Notes: generated from the sequence alone by a model not told the origin. A stretch of DNA of 64,000 nt from Eledone cirrhosa (GCA_964016885.1 OZ024740.1:129766001-129830000), one strand, 5' to 3'. Numbered from the stretch's first letter, positions 39,700 to 55,082 are shown. Made by a program: numbers and translations.

Positions 39700-40850
39700 T
39701 CTTAAGTTGCACATAATGTTTTCGGCCAATTTCTACTTGAAAATATAACCTATCTGCTTTAAACATTGGCATCTAGACGATTGGAATTATTTCTGATATT
39801 CCTGGTCAGTTACCCTTCGTTGAACAAATGCATATATTAATTGACTTTCACATTGCCATGCCTAACTCTTTATTCTTAACGTCCGACTGTGATGCACAAG
39901 GAAGTTGTCTCCTTTCGAGAACACTGCGCACTTCATCAATAGCAGATTGCTGATAAAGCATGTCTAAGAGACAACGCCCACACTGTAGCCATGGATCCAC
40001 GTCAGTATCCTTTTCAAATGTGTACCAAATATGTTTTAGTACATGCGGAAAATGTGTTCTTTGTTCTCAGATTTGCTTTCTCTCTTACATTGTCCGTCAT
40101 GGATTTTGAAATATTTTCTCCTTCTCGCTTCCTAGTGCGGGTAACCCTGATCTGTTATACGTTCTACTGCCAATTCTAATTAATTATCACTTGGATGCGG
40201 CAACAAAATGGTGACATAAATTAATGGAATTAATGTACATTGCCAGTCACATCGCCACACGTTTTGATAAGGTCTTCATATCTTACGCCCAAACTTTCGG
40301 TTGCTCATTCCACATTGTGTGTCCAGATTCATTTTTAAGAAATATATATCAAACAAGATTTCTCAAAATATTGAGGCAATGTTTTTTTTAACCATTGTTA
40401 CAGAAAATATTAAAATTATTAGTGTCCTTTTTGTGGTGGGGGAGAAGAAATATAGAAAATAATCTACAACAATATGTCGTAAGTGTATTCATAGTATTAT
40501 ATATATATATGGCAGTCTTGAAACGAGGCTAGCTAATTTTTTTTGGCACTCGATAAAAATAAGGTGTATCTTTGTAGCGAGACAAATTTAATCTACAATA
40601 TACTTGCTACAAAATGTCTTACTGTAGTTAATGAGAATCCCTAAAACATCTAACAAAATCCCACGCAGTACACATTTTAGCCTCCTCATAAGAAGCTTTC
40701 AATTCATTGAGGACAGCATCGTCCTTCGTTATTAAATGATCAGGTTATATAAAGAAATGTCCAGTACAATTGTGCACTTGTAAATCTAAATCATTCCCAT
40801 AATGAACGGATTCGTCCAGCTACTTTCATTGACTGCTCAGCTCCATTTCT
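39700..40850 (-). pseudogene. Possible very old hAT/ZBED-type transposase remnant
   Basis: Scattered minus-strand words occur in ZBED order: NPFIM, FSLTTVRHFV, SGHT, LELAVE, KDTDVDPW...MLYQQSAI. There are many stops. Confidence 0.3.
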
Positions 40851-41990
40851 ATGCAATAATGGTGATTGCAGATAGCATATATAACATGAGTTCGAAAACA
40901 TTTTTATCTCAGAAAGAAAACCGAATAATCGTCTGAGATAATATTTGTGTCACGTGTCAAGAATTTTAAAGGCCGAATACTATTAAGCCATTTTGTCTGC
41001 ATATTGCTTCCCGTGGCAGTTACTATTATATAGATCCCTTGGGTCGAGCCAATGTTATACGTCATAGACTTGGACGTAGTTTAGTAAAAATAATAGAATC
41101 TGAGTTACCATCCACATGTACAGTATCATCTGTAACCCTATTTCATCTTAAAGTTACCACCATAAACAATGGGGTAACAGATTTTGCTTTATTAGTAAAC
41201 TGTGTATATATTTATTTCGTCAGGTAATCAGTTGTATTATGTTCTTCGCACATCTAATGCTGGTGAGTTTGATCATATATTTCGAACAAAATTTAGAATG
41301 TAAGATTGGGAAAAACTAAACCTCTCGTTGTCCTGTTTTGAACTATAAATATTTCAAATAGATTGTTACGAATGATAATTCTGAAATATGCATAACAAGC
41401 TAACAGGCAGCTAAAACATATATATGAGTATGGGATATAGAAAACCTTATTTTCTAAAAGTTATGGTATTTTTCCTATCTATATTGAATTGATATTCATG
41501 TAAATACATCTGGGTCGTTCATGTTCTGCCCTATTGTCAGGAAATAGATAGATGGTAAACATTATCAGCTTTTTCTACCATAAGCTAGAGTCATATTTGG
41601 ATCTGATTTCTGAAGTCCTGAAATCCATTTACTGGCTCGGACGCTGTTTCATACAAGTGTCTATTATATTAAATGTGCTTTAGAGTATCTTATAAAATGC
41701 ATGATATCTGTTTAAGTATTAACTATCAAAAGTTAAACTCTATAGTATTTGAAAATATGATGTGGTTACATTATTTATGACATGCATTTGGATTTAGAAC
41801 ACGAATATTCAGGAGAAAGAAAGTGTGATATTGTTTCTGTATTACAGAGATATCTATTTGAAGCTTTGACATTGATACTATTGGCAACAATGAATATCCC
41901 TAAATATAACAATATCGATTTCACCACATGATTTCACATTACAAATCTAGCAGAACAAATATACAAACGTATATTTGAAGTTTATTTTAA

Positions 41991-42212
41991 CCCTATAGCA
42001 TTTAAACCGGCCGTATCCCACTACAATTATCTCACCTCCTTCTGCTCAAACTAGCCGAAACAAGCTGCTCTCATTTATGTTAAGTTATTGTTCTCAAAAT
42101 AAATGACATGATCATCTCAGAGATTCGATATTATGTTAAATAATTATGTGAGGTAAAGTGTTTATCATGAAAATACAAATAGTATATATAGAATAATATG
42201 AATGCTAAACGT
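41991..42212. mobile_element. piggyBac-like MITE
   Basis: TTAA|CCCTATAGCATT ... AATGCTAAACGT|TTAA: imperfect short TIRs with TTAA flanks. Confidence 0.6.
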
Positions 42213-45200
42213 TTAAATAAACTAATATTAACATATTCCAAATAGTCACCATACACTATTCAGCTAATTTCTCTGAATTGTAGCCTGAATCGGCAGCAGG
42301 AAATATGCTGCATTTTTATTGTAGTAATTTATTCTACTAGTCAAAGTTTTATCAATTTGGGAAGAAAATAGTTTATAACCGATTATTACACACCATAGAC
42401 CGCTTAATGTAATGGAATTTGAGCTGATTACTCTCCCTAAGATGTTATGTAATCTAATGCAATATAATGAAATTAAATTGTTTGCACCCTGTATTTTCCC
42501 TGCAATTTAGGGCAATATATATCGTTGCAGTTGATATCGATAATTTATTTGACGTGCTCAGCATGTAATATTATCCTAGCGTAGCTGATGCCGTATGTCT
42601 CTCATCCGATTATTTTTATTATTTAGTGGATCGGAAGCCAGTGATAGCTCTAGAATAATTCACAAATAACCTACAGTACTAAAGACAATATCAGTTCACT
42701 TCAATGTCTGCTGCTCGTCCGAGATGGCACGTTCCTTATCATTTGCACCAAATCTGTCTTCACAACCCCTTCAAATCGTACCCTCTTGACAGCTGTGATT
42801 GATTCTCGCATTGCTGTTCTTTTTTTGGTTTTAATATTTTTTTGTTTATTTTATTTTTATGGTCGTCATGAAGAATCTCGCGCTTTCGCCATTACTGTTA
42901 TAATTTCCATAATTCTATTATTTTTCTCATTATTCCACTTTATTTTCATTATAAATGCTATTTCAAATATCTACATTATATTCTTAATACTCTTCACCAT
43001 AATACTACTTCTCCTTTATTATTTTTTTTTCCATATTTTTCCTCTGTTTATTTAATTTAAATTATTTCAATTAAGTTACATATTTCTGTATAGTATCAAT
43101 TTATATAAGTTTATTGGTATATTCACACCATTAAATATTTATTAGAGTACTTAAACTCTCATTTTTGCTAGAATAACCGTACTAGCATACAAGAGATCGA
43201 CGTGTTGATTGCCTATGCCTCGTTTAAGGAAATAAGTTTCAAATAGGTGACATCAATTTTTACAATACCACCAAATCTATACAAAGTGGTCTCTCTAACG
43301 AACAAATCAGTCAAACTATATTTGTAACGTAAAACTTGTTTTATACTGGTGTTATAAGAAAAAAACTTTCAAAATAACATTGTTCTGTATTGTTCGTTTC
43401 ATGGGGGATATGCGAGAATTGGTTTATATAATATTTAGAGCGTGCTTTCAGGTGGACCGAAGATAATATAACCAATCTATGCTAAAGTACGGTCAGGTGT
43501 ATTAGAGTTATCTCATATGGCAAGAAACGTTATTGCTAACGATTTCAATTTACACTTTTATTTTGCATTATTAGATAAGAATCGATTTCAAATAACATTG
43601 TCTTTCCTTTACTCAAGTGAGAATCATTATAGATTATTGAGCAGTTTACAGGTAGTGTCCGTAATGTGTTTCAGAAATCAGCCTTTGGATACGATGTGGA
43701 AAGCTTAAATAACCTCCAATAGAAATAATGCAATGAACACTTTCATATAACTAAAATATTAGTAGGAGGTTTTGAGTGTGAAATGAAACATCACTGACTT
43801 TTCTATAATTATCACAGCTGTATATACATAACCAGCTGCCGTGTTTCATGAAAATATCCTAATTTCAGTAAACATAGCAATCTCATATAAATTGCAGAAA
43901 CTTTAGAATGATTACATTAAATTAGATTACGCTAATGTGAAACCTAAATTTTGCGATATTTCTAAGCTAAACGTAAAACAACAGCAAAATGAAAAACATG
44001 AGCCCCGCGTCAGTTTAACCCTCACAATTTTGACTTATTTTGATAATCCCCATTATCAGAGTAGGATATAATACAAAATTAGATAATTGAAAACAGCAAA
44101 TTGGATTTATATTTCCTGATAGGTGAACTTACAATTGTGATCAGAATGTACTAGTAACATTATTTTACACATAAATTAGACGCACTCTGAGGCCATTTTA
44201 TATAACAGCAAATCAAAATATTTTTCTTTGAAGTTAGTAGTAGCACAATGCACATGTAAATTTGATTTCAATCAAATATCTGTCAGTATATTTTTTCACG
44301 TATTGATGATTGCATTTCAAATGTGATATTAAAAAATGTTTATCATTATGAATTAAAGTCATTATGTAAGCTAGCAGTACATGACATCTCGGACAATATA
44401 TATTCATTGAGTAATTGAATAATGAAGTATCAAATTCATATAATACTGAAAATGACATAATACTGAAATCAATCTGATATAATGACTCAAAAAGTTTCAA
44501 AATATGATTTCTAGCATAGGTCGCATCGGTATTATCAAATTACAAATATTCAAAAAGTATTTAACAACATTTTAGTATTTTAACCTCATATACATATATA
44601 TATAATCATAATTACACATATACATTCATAGTTATTCCAACACGGACTGATACAAACACATTCACATACACAGACACAGAAACACATATGTATCTACATT
44701 ACGTTTAAACAGAGTCTACTAAATCTGCTCAACATATTAAAATGAGAATGCAGATTAAACGTATATTATACTCCAGCACGAGTTTCGGAACCGATGCAAA
44801 CACTCTCGTCATAGACATAAGAAAGATATACGCTGCATATATCGGGAAAATACAAGAATCTACCTAGACGAGAGTTGAAAATATTCCCGAAATTGGAAAG
44901 CTGTCACTTTATGAAAGTATTTGTTGCTATTTGTTTATAAACGTGAATTGGGAAGCTCCTAAAATTCTCTGGCAAAGAGAAACTGGCAAATTTAGCCCCA
45001 AGTATCAAATTAAGTAGGAATCTACTAATTCAATAACATTTCTTGTTATATATATATATAAGTATACAGATGTGAAAATGTACTCGATCCAAGGCTGCAA
45101 GAACTGGCTAAGGGCCTGTGACATGGTCTGGTAGGTGTTGCATGGAAGCTTGAACATTACGTATTCCGGCATCACATATATAATCCTGAAGTCAGTAACA

Positions 45201-45299
45201 CTTGCGAATTGGTAATAAAACATTACAACATTTAGAGTTACGGATAAGAAAATAATGGAGGCCAGCTGATACGATTACATATATAGTTAGTGTTTTGTC

Positions 45300-47420
45300 A
45301 ACAAATACCCGTGGCGCTCGAACTGTAGATTTAGGTGGATACTAGAAACTCCATTCTCTTGGTCTGGCGCCAGAACGGACTGCACAGGTGAGAGTGGAGA
45401 CACTCACAAGGCCCTGACTGTCGATATATGTTATGGACTGGATTTCATGGAGAGGCCTGATTAGAATTTTGTTCTAGTAATGGGCTTTCTATTATGAACA
45501 CCATTTTCTAGCTCAAAACATCCATAATTTTACATTATGGTCGATGTTGTTATCTGCAATCTGTCGTCACTAACGCCAAGAAGGCCAACAACAAGTTGTT
45601 AGGTCCAGCTCGATCTACAGGACTGAATGGGAAGCGTTGGCACATAAGGAATTGAGGAACAGGCTGTGGAAACTATTTCATCGCATGAGCTAACTCAGGA
45701 CGTTGAAACGGAGGAGAGATTGTTCAGCCTGATGGTTCTTGCGTCAGCTGACAAATAATTCAGCCAAAAGCAGCTAGGTGTGGCGCCGGGAACTAGGCAG
45801 ACAACTTGGGTCGATCAAGTGATCAAATACAACATCTACACCTAGGCTGCATACAATTCCTTCTAGCACTTGCGGTACAGGAAGTCGCAAAAAGTAGTAC
45901 CAGTGACAGTAAATCCGTCTAAAGTTAGAATATGGGATGATTTGGGGGTTAAGCTATTTCAGATTAGCAAAGAAAATGTGTTCAGAGATGATCTCCCGAC
46001 TTCAAAATAAGAAGTCGTTCGCGTCGGCTATCAGGAACACATCTGAAATACTCTTCTTTTAATGAAGATGCAACATTTCGAGGTAGAAATATTACTTTGC
46101 TGATCCCCAAACCCATCGAAACTGCATCTTGTGATGTACACGAGGTGCATCTGGGAATGATGACTAATTTGGGATGCCTGAGATCACAAGTGTCATTAAA
46201 GAGCTCAAATGTGGCAAGGCCGTTGGGAAGTATGATATTTAGAATAGGATCTTAAAAGACTTTAACTGAGATTGTATCCTCTGGCTAAATGGTATGATCC
46301 ATTGGACTGCATCTCTGTAAATACACGGAAGAAATGGTAATGAGGAGTGATAATCGCAGAATAAAAAGTCTCGAATTCTCCTAGAGATGTATGTCCTTGT
46401 TAAGCGATCTAGTTTACTAATTGCGTTGCCATCGTTTCGGACGCAGTGGAGCCGACCAAACATTCACACTGCCGCTGCCTCTGCAGGATTATGGAATCGA
46501 TGGACATCATTTTCCCCCTGATATCACTATCAATGCCCTCGTATGTGTGTTCGAATGAATGATGCAACATTCCAATCATTCAATGTTAGTGTGGGATGTC
46601 ACCAAGAGTGTGTATTGTCAGATTTCCTGTCTATAATTTTCATGGACAAGATCGACATGCAGCCGGGTTGGACGTGGAATCGAGAATGGCGTATGTAGGA
46701 TTAGACGACTTGAATTACCGGACGATTTTGTATTATTTAACACGTCAGGAGTTGATCTCCGACAAACAATTAATACGCTTACTGCAGAGCACTTCATGGC
46801 ATAAAGAAAATCAGTGCTGTGAATATCGAGGGGCTCGTTCCCTGAACGAGGACCCCGCAGGGTGTGGTGTTTGTCTACATTAATGAAGGTTTTTTAAAGC
46901 TGGTTTCGAAGTTCACGTATCGAGGGACCGTGTTTACGGTTGGTAGAATGTAGCAGGCTGGAATAATTACAGAAATTACTGGAGCTGGGGATGTATTGCG
47001 GCAGATTCAGCATGTTATATATCAAAATGAGGGAGCTATGTGTATCTATGGAAACACTGAAAAAATAAGATCATTAATACAAGCGGAAAAAACGGGGATA
47101 CTTCGTAGGTTCTTTGGAGTAACGTTATTCGATAGAGATGACAGTGGCTCCAGGTAGATCTGCTACATCTCGGAAATGAGAACGATCCTATATTATGGAC
47201 ATCTGGTATAGTATATCTCAGGACAGATGTTAAAGGTAAAAGCAACTGACAGGAACCACAAGAATATACCCCGAGGAAGGTGTTTTTATAATAACCATGA
47301 GTTCGGCTGGTCTCACTAGGAGATACTTTCGGAGCTATTGGCAATGGTTTTTTCTGACAAGATAGATGAAAACCCTGTTTGGGACATTGCCTCCTCGACT
47401 CTCAGGAATAAGTTTGCAGC
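45300..47420 (+). mobile_element. Degenerate RTE-type LINE
   Basis: KELKCGKAVGKYDI near 46198 (GKA.G.D motif) and FNVSVGCHQECVLSDFLSIIFMDKI near 46579 (QG..LSP motif). Many stops. Confidence 0.65.
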
Positions 47421-47421
47421 G

Positions 47422-47424
47422 AAT

Positions 47425-47481
<57 letters not shown>
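47422..47481. repeat. (AAT)n tract flanking LINE copy 3
   Basis: Read directly from the sequence. Confidence 0.9.
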
Positions 47482-47482
<1 letters not shown>

Positions 47483-50400
47483 TTTTCTTTATTAACCACA
47501 AGGGTTTACATAAAGTAGACATTAAGGACAGTGCAGGACAATACAGGACGGTACAAATCGGCATTTCTGTGGGCAAAAAACAAAAACAGAGGATGTAACA
47601 AAAAATAACAATGAAAAATTCCCCAATAGGGGGGTGACTTCGGAGGGACATTTGTGGAGAAAGCCCAGTAAAAGGCCACAGTGACCCTGACCACCAAGGC
47701 AAGTGCCCTCTCCCAGTTTTCCACCTTTAATTTACAAATACATACACAGAGTAGGCCCATTCACTCGGGCCATTCTTGCTTCTCTCACCCATCTTTCAAC
47801 AAAATGCTGGGAAGGGAGCACTTCCCTCTCTACTCTGATTTTCCTTTTCAAATGAAATTTGAAAAAGTCAATCTGGGCATCACCGAAGAGCTAAGTGCTC
47901 GTTTTCAACCTTTTCAAACGTGTCCACCATACTATCTCTTGCGCCATGGCCACCAGACAGATAAACACTGCCTGACATTCCCGGTTAAAGGAAGAGGGCG
48001 GGGCAATCCTCACGATGGACTCAGATGATAGCCAGATCCGTCCTACACACAACAGCAGGTGTTCGACATAAACCAAAAAGTCAGCAATTTTCGGACAATG
48101 GACGAGTGCGTGCAGGACGGTTTCGTCGCCCTGCGCGCATATCGGACATGCCCGGCTGATGGCACCTCCATGCCTGTAGAGTTTATCTCGAACTGGCAAA
48201 GATCCCCGGTAGCACTGCCAGGCCAGAGATTTCTGGAAGTTGTCCATAGGCCCCGGCCCGAAAGTTCTTCCGAAGAGATTGGCTAGTTGATTTTCGTCGA
48301 CGCCTAGAGTTTCCCCATGTACGTCGTCGTTCTTCCCCTCCACTAATCCTCTATAGAATGCCGAGGTGGAGTTTCCATCGATCACATTGTCCGATTGGTC
48401 GAGGGCTGTGAGCGCCTGAAGATATTCCAGTCTCCAAGCGCCCCCTCTCGGTCTTCGCTTGACCCAGGACTGCAGCTCCGTCAAGGAAACGAGCTGGAGT
48501 AATACGTGTCCAGCAAACGGCGACCACACCTGATCACCGTCGAGGAAGAGGTGGAGATGTCGTAGCCTGAGCGCGTGTCTGCGCATCATCAGCCACGGCA
48601 TGCCCAGCTATCCACATAGCGGGTGTTGAAAACAGATGGACCGCCTGACCATCGGAGCGCTTCCCTTGCACACAAAGCGAAAGAGCAAACTCTCCAGCGC
48701 AGTAAGTTGGGGCTTAGGCCAAGGTACATAGGTGAGGCGGTAGCAGATGACAGACGCGATGTATGCGTTAGCCACCTCCGCTCGAAATTATCTATGTTAT
48801 ACCCCTTGTTCGGATCCTTTCTCAGCAGTGCCACCGCTCCTCGGCTCACAGAACTGGGAATTCTCCCGTTCTGTTGCCAGTTGCAGTAGACGTCCGCCAA
48901 GAGGCCTCCGAACAAGTCTGGCATATGTACGTAAAGTTCATAGGGCAGACCATCCAACCAGGCGATTTACCCCTTGTACAGCCAGTCATTGCCTCCCTTA
49001 CTTCAGCGGCTGTTATCGGCTTTTCGCAACACTTCGCCTCAGTGGCCGAGAGCCGCGGCAGTCGCTCGATGTAGACACTCAAGTCCATCCCTCGATCCGG
49101 CCCACCGCTGCCCGCGAACAGCTGAGTGAAGTGTCGCTGAAAAGCTTCACACATTTGCCCGGGATCGCGTAGCATGCGCCCGTCGTGGTCCACCAAAGAC
49201 CGGATCGTGGCTTTGTTGCCACGACGCGCCTCCGCCACTCGGGCCCCTTGAAAGGATTTCGTCCCCTCGTGTCTGAGAGCACGCACCCTTGCTCTGACAA
49301 CGCAGCCTTCGTGCTTTGCATTGAAGAATTGGTCAAAGGCCAATTTGGCCGGAAGCACGTCGGTCGCAATGCCTTTGCTAAGCGCCTCGTCTAATTTTCT
49401 AACTAGTTCTCTCTCTATATTTCTCTATTGCTAAAGCCTTACTAAACCTAATGGATTCTATTCTAATCGCTCTTTTCAGAGCAAACCACCACTTGTTGTT
49501 GACGATGGACCCCGTCAACGCCCGCTTAATTAGTTCGCTAATCCGGTCTCTGTAGGCCTTGCGCGCTGGTAAGGACTCGTTTAGCTTCCAGTAGCCGGGT
49601 CCTCGTCTATGAAGCCTATCTAAGTCAAGCACACAGATCACGAATTTGTGGTCCGTGTAGCTGACTATCATGAATTGTGGACTGCCTATGCTAGACCTAT
49701 CTATTTCCGTACAAAATACTCTATCGAGATATGATCTGGATGACCCTATGCGATTTGTCCAAGTCCACATTGGTACATTCGGGAAAACCATTCGGTACCT
49801 GTCAGACAGTTTAAAACGTCTGAGCAGGTTGGTGAGACTCTTGCACACTCCTTCCCTATCCACTAATGCCACACAATCCCAGCGTGCATCTAAGATCCCG
49901 TTCCAGTCGCCCAATAACACTAAAGAGCGGGACGTTCCAAGAAAGGTCTCCAGACGCCGCAAGAAATCAGGCCGCCCTGCTCCTGTCGAGGCATAGACGG
50001 CCACTAACCTGAAAGCTTGCCCGTCTCCGCTGGTCACGTCCAGCACCACAAACTTACCTTCTGGGTCCAGGAAGATGGCCCGTATGGCAAGATGCAAACC
50101 TCTCCGAAAAAGCATAGCAACTCCTCCCCCCGATCCCGGACGGTGCGAAAGCCTGTGCTTCTGAGATTCTGGTCTCGCTGATGGCCACTACATCTATGTT
50201 TAGTGACCTGAGGTCGTTGAGCAGGTGACCCTGCTTCCATGACGACCCCAAGCCACGCGCATTTATGCTGCCTATTCTGATTGAGGTCATGTTGAAAAGG
50301 AGTGGAAAAGATGGGAAAGACCACTTACCTTACTTCTCGTAGGGGAATGACGGTGTTTCCATCCTTTTCACTGCTTGTGGCCTCCTCAGGAAGAATGTCC

Positions 50401-52511
50401 TTATAAATCCTCCTGGAGAGTGCTTGTCGGAAGTCTCCGATGTCTTTGGGGAATTTTTGTTTTAGTGTCATGTACGTTTTCTGTGTGATGCGAGTGATTT
50501 GTATGTGTGGAGGTGGTGTGAATTTTGGGGTTGTTGTGTAGTCTTTTTCTGTGATGCTGGTGTTGTGTTGGATGTAGTGTAATAATTGCTTGTTGTTCAA
50601 ATTTAATGCTGTGTAGTGTGTATCGTTTTGGTTGTTTTGTTTTGTTTGCGTTTGTTGTGGGTTTGTTTCTGTTTCGCATTTTGGTGACTTTAGTGGTGTA
50701 GGTGATGGTGGTGTTGGAGTTAATGATGGTGATGGTGTTGGTGTTTGGGTTGATGGGGTTGGTGATGCTGGTGTGGATGGTGGTATATCTATCCTAACTT
50801 TTTTGTTTCTTAGTTTATTTGTTTCCCTCTGTATTTTGTTTTTGGAGGGGGAAGGAAGAGAATTTTTTCTTTTTTGGTGTCTTTTTTTTTTCCGGATATC
50901 GTTTCCCACTCCTCGTCGTCACAATCTGTCTCCAGTTGTGATAGGCCGGGGAGTGGAAAATCCTCCACAGGCGTTAGTTTTGGTTGTGGCGTGGTGGATG
51001 GTGTAGGTGCTGGTGCTAGTTCTGAAGCGTTGGGTGGTGGTGGTGTTGGTTTTGCTGGTGGTGGTGGTGGTGTTGGTTTTGCTACTGTTGCTGGAGTTGT
51101 TGCTGTTATAGTTGCTTCTGTTGTTGCTGCTACAGTTGTTGCTGCCATCTCTGCTACTGGTGGTGTTGATGGTTGTGTTACTGGGGTGGGTAGGAGAGGT
51201 GGCCTCAACCTTTTAGCCTGAGGGCAGAAAGCCCTTAGATGGGTTCCTTCCCCACAAACGACACACCTAGGTCTTCTCCCTCGACAATTACCGTGAGGTG
51301 GCTGCCGTCAGTGAGGTCTATTACCTCTGGGATCTCCTCAATGCTTTTTTGGTCCGCTTGGATCAGGAGCTCCATCCCAGATCGGGACCAGTTCTCCTGC
51401 TTTTCTTTTGCTATTGCTATTATTTTTGTGTTGGCTTCGATGCCAGCGAGGACGGCCGCTATTAGCCAGGGAATTTCGATGGCCGGTGGAACGTGGGTCA
51501 CCCTGATATTTACGAGTCTCTGGCCACAATAGCTTGGGACGAGTGTGAAGTCGTCACTTCTTAATGGGGCCATGGAGTGTTCTCTAGCCTCCTCTGGTGT
51601 TTCAAAGAACACGTCCACGGTTCTATACTTCTGCCCACGTCTGATGTGGGTTTTTCTTGCCCACACATCTCCCAAAGCTTTTTGGATTTGGGACTCGGAT
51701 GCCCGTTCCACTCGGCGCGATTTTACATATATTGTTCGATACGACACGGTGCATAGGCGCCAATGCTCCATTTTATTAGGTGGGGGGGTGAGGCTGACCC
51801 TGTACCCATCTTTCTTTACCATTTGTTTGGCATTTTCTAAATCCTCCTGAGTTACCGTAAATGCTTCGAACTGGTTTGCTACTCTGGCGAAACTGAGGGT
51901 CGATTTTATAATGTCATTGTTGTTGTTGTTGCTATCGTTATTTGTGTTAATATTAATTTTAGTTTCAGTTGTGGTTGTGGTGACGTCAGTCGTCTTTGGT
52001 GGGGAAGAGTCCATTTTGATTGATTTCATTTCGACATCACGAGTTAATTTATTTTTTTCTTCTTTTGTTTCTGTTGTCGCGGTGGTGGTGGGGTTGTGGT
52101 TGTCGCGGTGGTGGTGGTGGTGGAGGCTTTAACACCTGCAGTCATTGGTAATGGCGGGAAATGAATCTCTGCCTGAGACAAATTTAAAATATTGCTAGTG
52201 CTTATATTTTTTTTAGTGATGGCAAACGTAGTAACATTTACAATGGTGGTGTCGGTGTGAAAGGCTTTCAGCTGCTTGGTGCAGAGGTGAATTAGCCTTT
52301 TTTTTTTTTCAAAGAAGTTTTTTGATAATAATAAAAGTTAAAATTTTGGGCACAAGGCCCCAATCTTTTTGGGTGTCCTTTTCGGAAAACAATGTATGTG
52401 CGCTTATATATGGTTAACAATAAAAATGTTCCATAAATGGCAATTTTTAACAAACGGAAATAACAAACCTTTGCGGAGCTCACGATGATACGATTTACTA
52501 CGTAGGTCGCC
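47482..52511 (-). mobile_element. L1/Tx1-type LINE copy 3 (both ends retained, ~0.8-kb deletion in RT)
   Basis: ORF1 fragments span 52029-50325 and ORF2 fragments run from 50290 downward. A junction at ~48785 joins sequence equivalent to ~56392 and ~57205. The 5' end matches copy 1, and (ATT)n lies at both ends. Confidence 0.92.

Positions 52512-52577
<66 letters not shown>
52512..52577. repeat. (AAT)n tract between LINE copy 3 and the R4/Dong element
   Basis: Read directly from the sequence. Confidence 0.9.
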
Positions 52578-52578
<1 letters not shown>

Positions 52579-55033
52579 TTCGACAACAACCAGAAGATGC
52601 TGTTTGGACAGCTTGAGGGGAAAGAAAGAGGCTACGACTTGATCCCTGGGGCGGAGCAAACTAAAACTTTCTGGAGAGGAATATGGGAGCAGGATGTTAG
52701 ACATAATGTCCAGGCAGGGTGGATTGAGACAGTACAGAGGGAGATCGGTGAGCAGGCACACCAACAAACTGATTTGAGTATCACAGTTGAAACTCTTAAG
52801 GGGCAGGCCAAAAAACTAACCAACTGGAAATCACCAGGTCCAGATGGTGTGCAGGGGTATTGGATTAAAAATGTAACATCCCTCCACCCGAAGCTGACGG
52901 CCATGTTCAATGACTGCTTGGTGTCGGGTGAGGTGCCAGAGTGGTTGACAAAAGGTACCACAGTTCTGATAATGAAAGACCGAATCAAGGGTAATGATGT
53001 TACCAACTATAGACCTATCACATGTCTGTCCGTAATGTGGAAACTGTTGACGAGCATTGTGTCTGAGGAAATCTACCATCACCTCCACACAAACAACTTG
53101 TTACCGGACGAACAGAAAGGATGCCGAAAGAAGTCACGTGGTACAAAGGACCAGTTACTTATTGATAAGATGGTAATGGGGAATTGCAGGAGGAGACACA
53201 CTGATCTTGCCATGGAATGGATAGACTACAGAAAGGCATTTGACATGGTGCCTCATTCTTGGATCACCAAAAGCCTGGAGATCTTCAAGGTGGCAGATAA
53301 CATCAGACAGTTGCTGGGCAGGAGTATGGGGTCCTGGGAGACAGAGTTGACATCAACTGGAGTATCCTTGGGAAGCGTGAAGATCAAGAGAGGTATCTTC
53401 CAGGGAGTTAGCCTGTCCCCTCTGTTGTTTGTCCTTGCCCTGATGCCCTTGACCATTATGCTGCGAAAAGTGAGTGCAGGATACAAGTTGGGAAAGGGAG
53501 AGCTTACCATCAAACACCTCCTCTTCATGGACGATCTTAAGCTCTTCGGGAAAAGTGAGAAGGAGTTGGATGTGCTTGTTGACACTGTCCGTATTTTCAG
53601 CAGTGATATATGTATGCAGTTTGGTATTAGTAAATGTGGAGTCATTGTGATGGGGAGGGGTAGGTTGAGCTGAGGTAACGGGATCCAGATACCAACAGGT
53701 GAGATGATAAAGGAAATTGACTCTGAGGAAGGATACAAGTATTTGGGCGTTCTGGAGGCTGATGGCATAAAGAACAAAAAAAATGAAGGAATTGTTAAGA
53801 ACTGAATACATTCGGAGAGTAAGGAGCGTATTGAAGTCACATCTAAACAGCAGAAATGCCATAAGCGCAGTAAATTTCCGAGCTGTGTCTATTATTAGGT
53901 ACAGTGCGGGAATTCTGAGATGGAATGTTGCTGAACAAAAAGAAATGGATAGGAAGACTAGGAAGCTATTGACTATCTACAACATGTTCCACAATAGGAG
54001 TGATGTCGATAGACTCTACCTAAGGAGATCTGAGGGTGGAAGAGGTCTTATCAGCATAGAGGACTGTGTTCAGATGGAGAAAAACAACCTATACAAATAC
54101 GTGACCTATAGTAAGGAGCCAATGCTCAGAACTGTACTGAAGGAGGGGACAGTAGACCAGGGGATGTCCAAGGAGGAAATAACATCAAGGAGGAAGAGCA
54201 GCCTTAAGGTAAAATCCCTTCATAGTACCTTCTTTGAGAAAACTGAATTTAGAGATCCACAGACATGGAACTGGTTGAGAAGAGGAGACCTCAAAAAGGC
54301 TACAGAAGGAATGCTAATGGCTGCGCAGGAGCAGGCCCTCAAAACGAAGTGGTTGAAACACCATATTTACAAGGAGGAGGCTAGCCCACTGTGCAGGATC
54401 TGTGGAGAGAGGAGACTGTGGCTCACATTGTGTCCGAGTGTAAACACCTAGTCCAGACCCACTATAAGGGCTGGAGAGAAGATGTGTGGGCAGGGTGATC
54501 CACTGACACTTGTGCAAAGTAAACAATTTACCACATTCTGAGAAATGGTATGAGCATAGGCCAGAGGCGGTGATGGAGAACAGTCAGGTGAAGGTGCTGT
54601 GGGATTTTAGGATACAGACGGACAAAAAACTGGAACACAATAGACCTGACCTGGTGGTTGTGGACAAAGAATAAAGATCGTGTCTGATTGTGGATGTGGC
54701 CTGCCCTTTCAACACGAGAGTGCAAGAGAAGGAGAGGGAGAAAATTAACCGATACCAGGACCTAAAGTGGGAGGTGAAAAGGATTTGGAACTGCCATGAA
54801 GTCAAAGTGATCCCGATTGTCATAGGCGCACTGGGGACTATCTCAAAAAGTTTCCAGGGATGGTTAAAGAAAATCGGCCCCTTCACGCTTTTTGGAACGC
54901 TTCAAAAGGCATGCTTGCTTGGAACAGCAAGAAGCCTCCGATACGTCCTGAATATCTGAGGCTGCAGGTAGTGGCTTGATATTCATTCCAACGGACTTTC
55001 CAGTTAACCAACATCAATGACTGAGATTCAAGG
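52578..55033 (+). mobile_element. 5'-truncated R4-clade (Dong-like) non-LTR retrotransposon with RT and restriction-like endonuclease
   Basis: RT motifs NWKSPGPDG, YRPITCL, IDYRKAFDMVPH, IFQG.SLSPLLF and HLLFMDDLKL; CCHC CRICG..ETVAHIVSEC (frameshifted); RLE motifs RPDLVV...VDVACP...KINRYQDL. (TAA)n lies on both sides. Confidence 0.88.
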
Positions 55034-55045
55034 AATAACAACAAC

Positions 55046-55082
<37 letters not shown>

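Noticed and set aside
40900-45250. Host exons in the long AT-rich stretch
   Set aside because: There are only short ORFs without motifs. A RFEGVVKTDL word at ~42.75 kb (minus strand) looks like an RTE 3' scrap.
52576-52578. ATG start of the 365-aa RT ORF
   Set aside because: The ATG is formed at the (TAA)n/element junction of a 5'-truncated copy.
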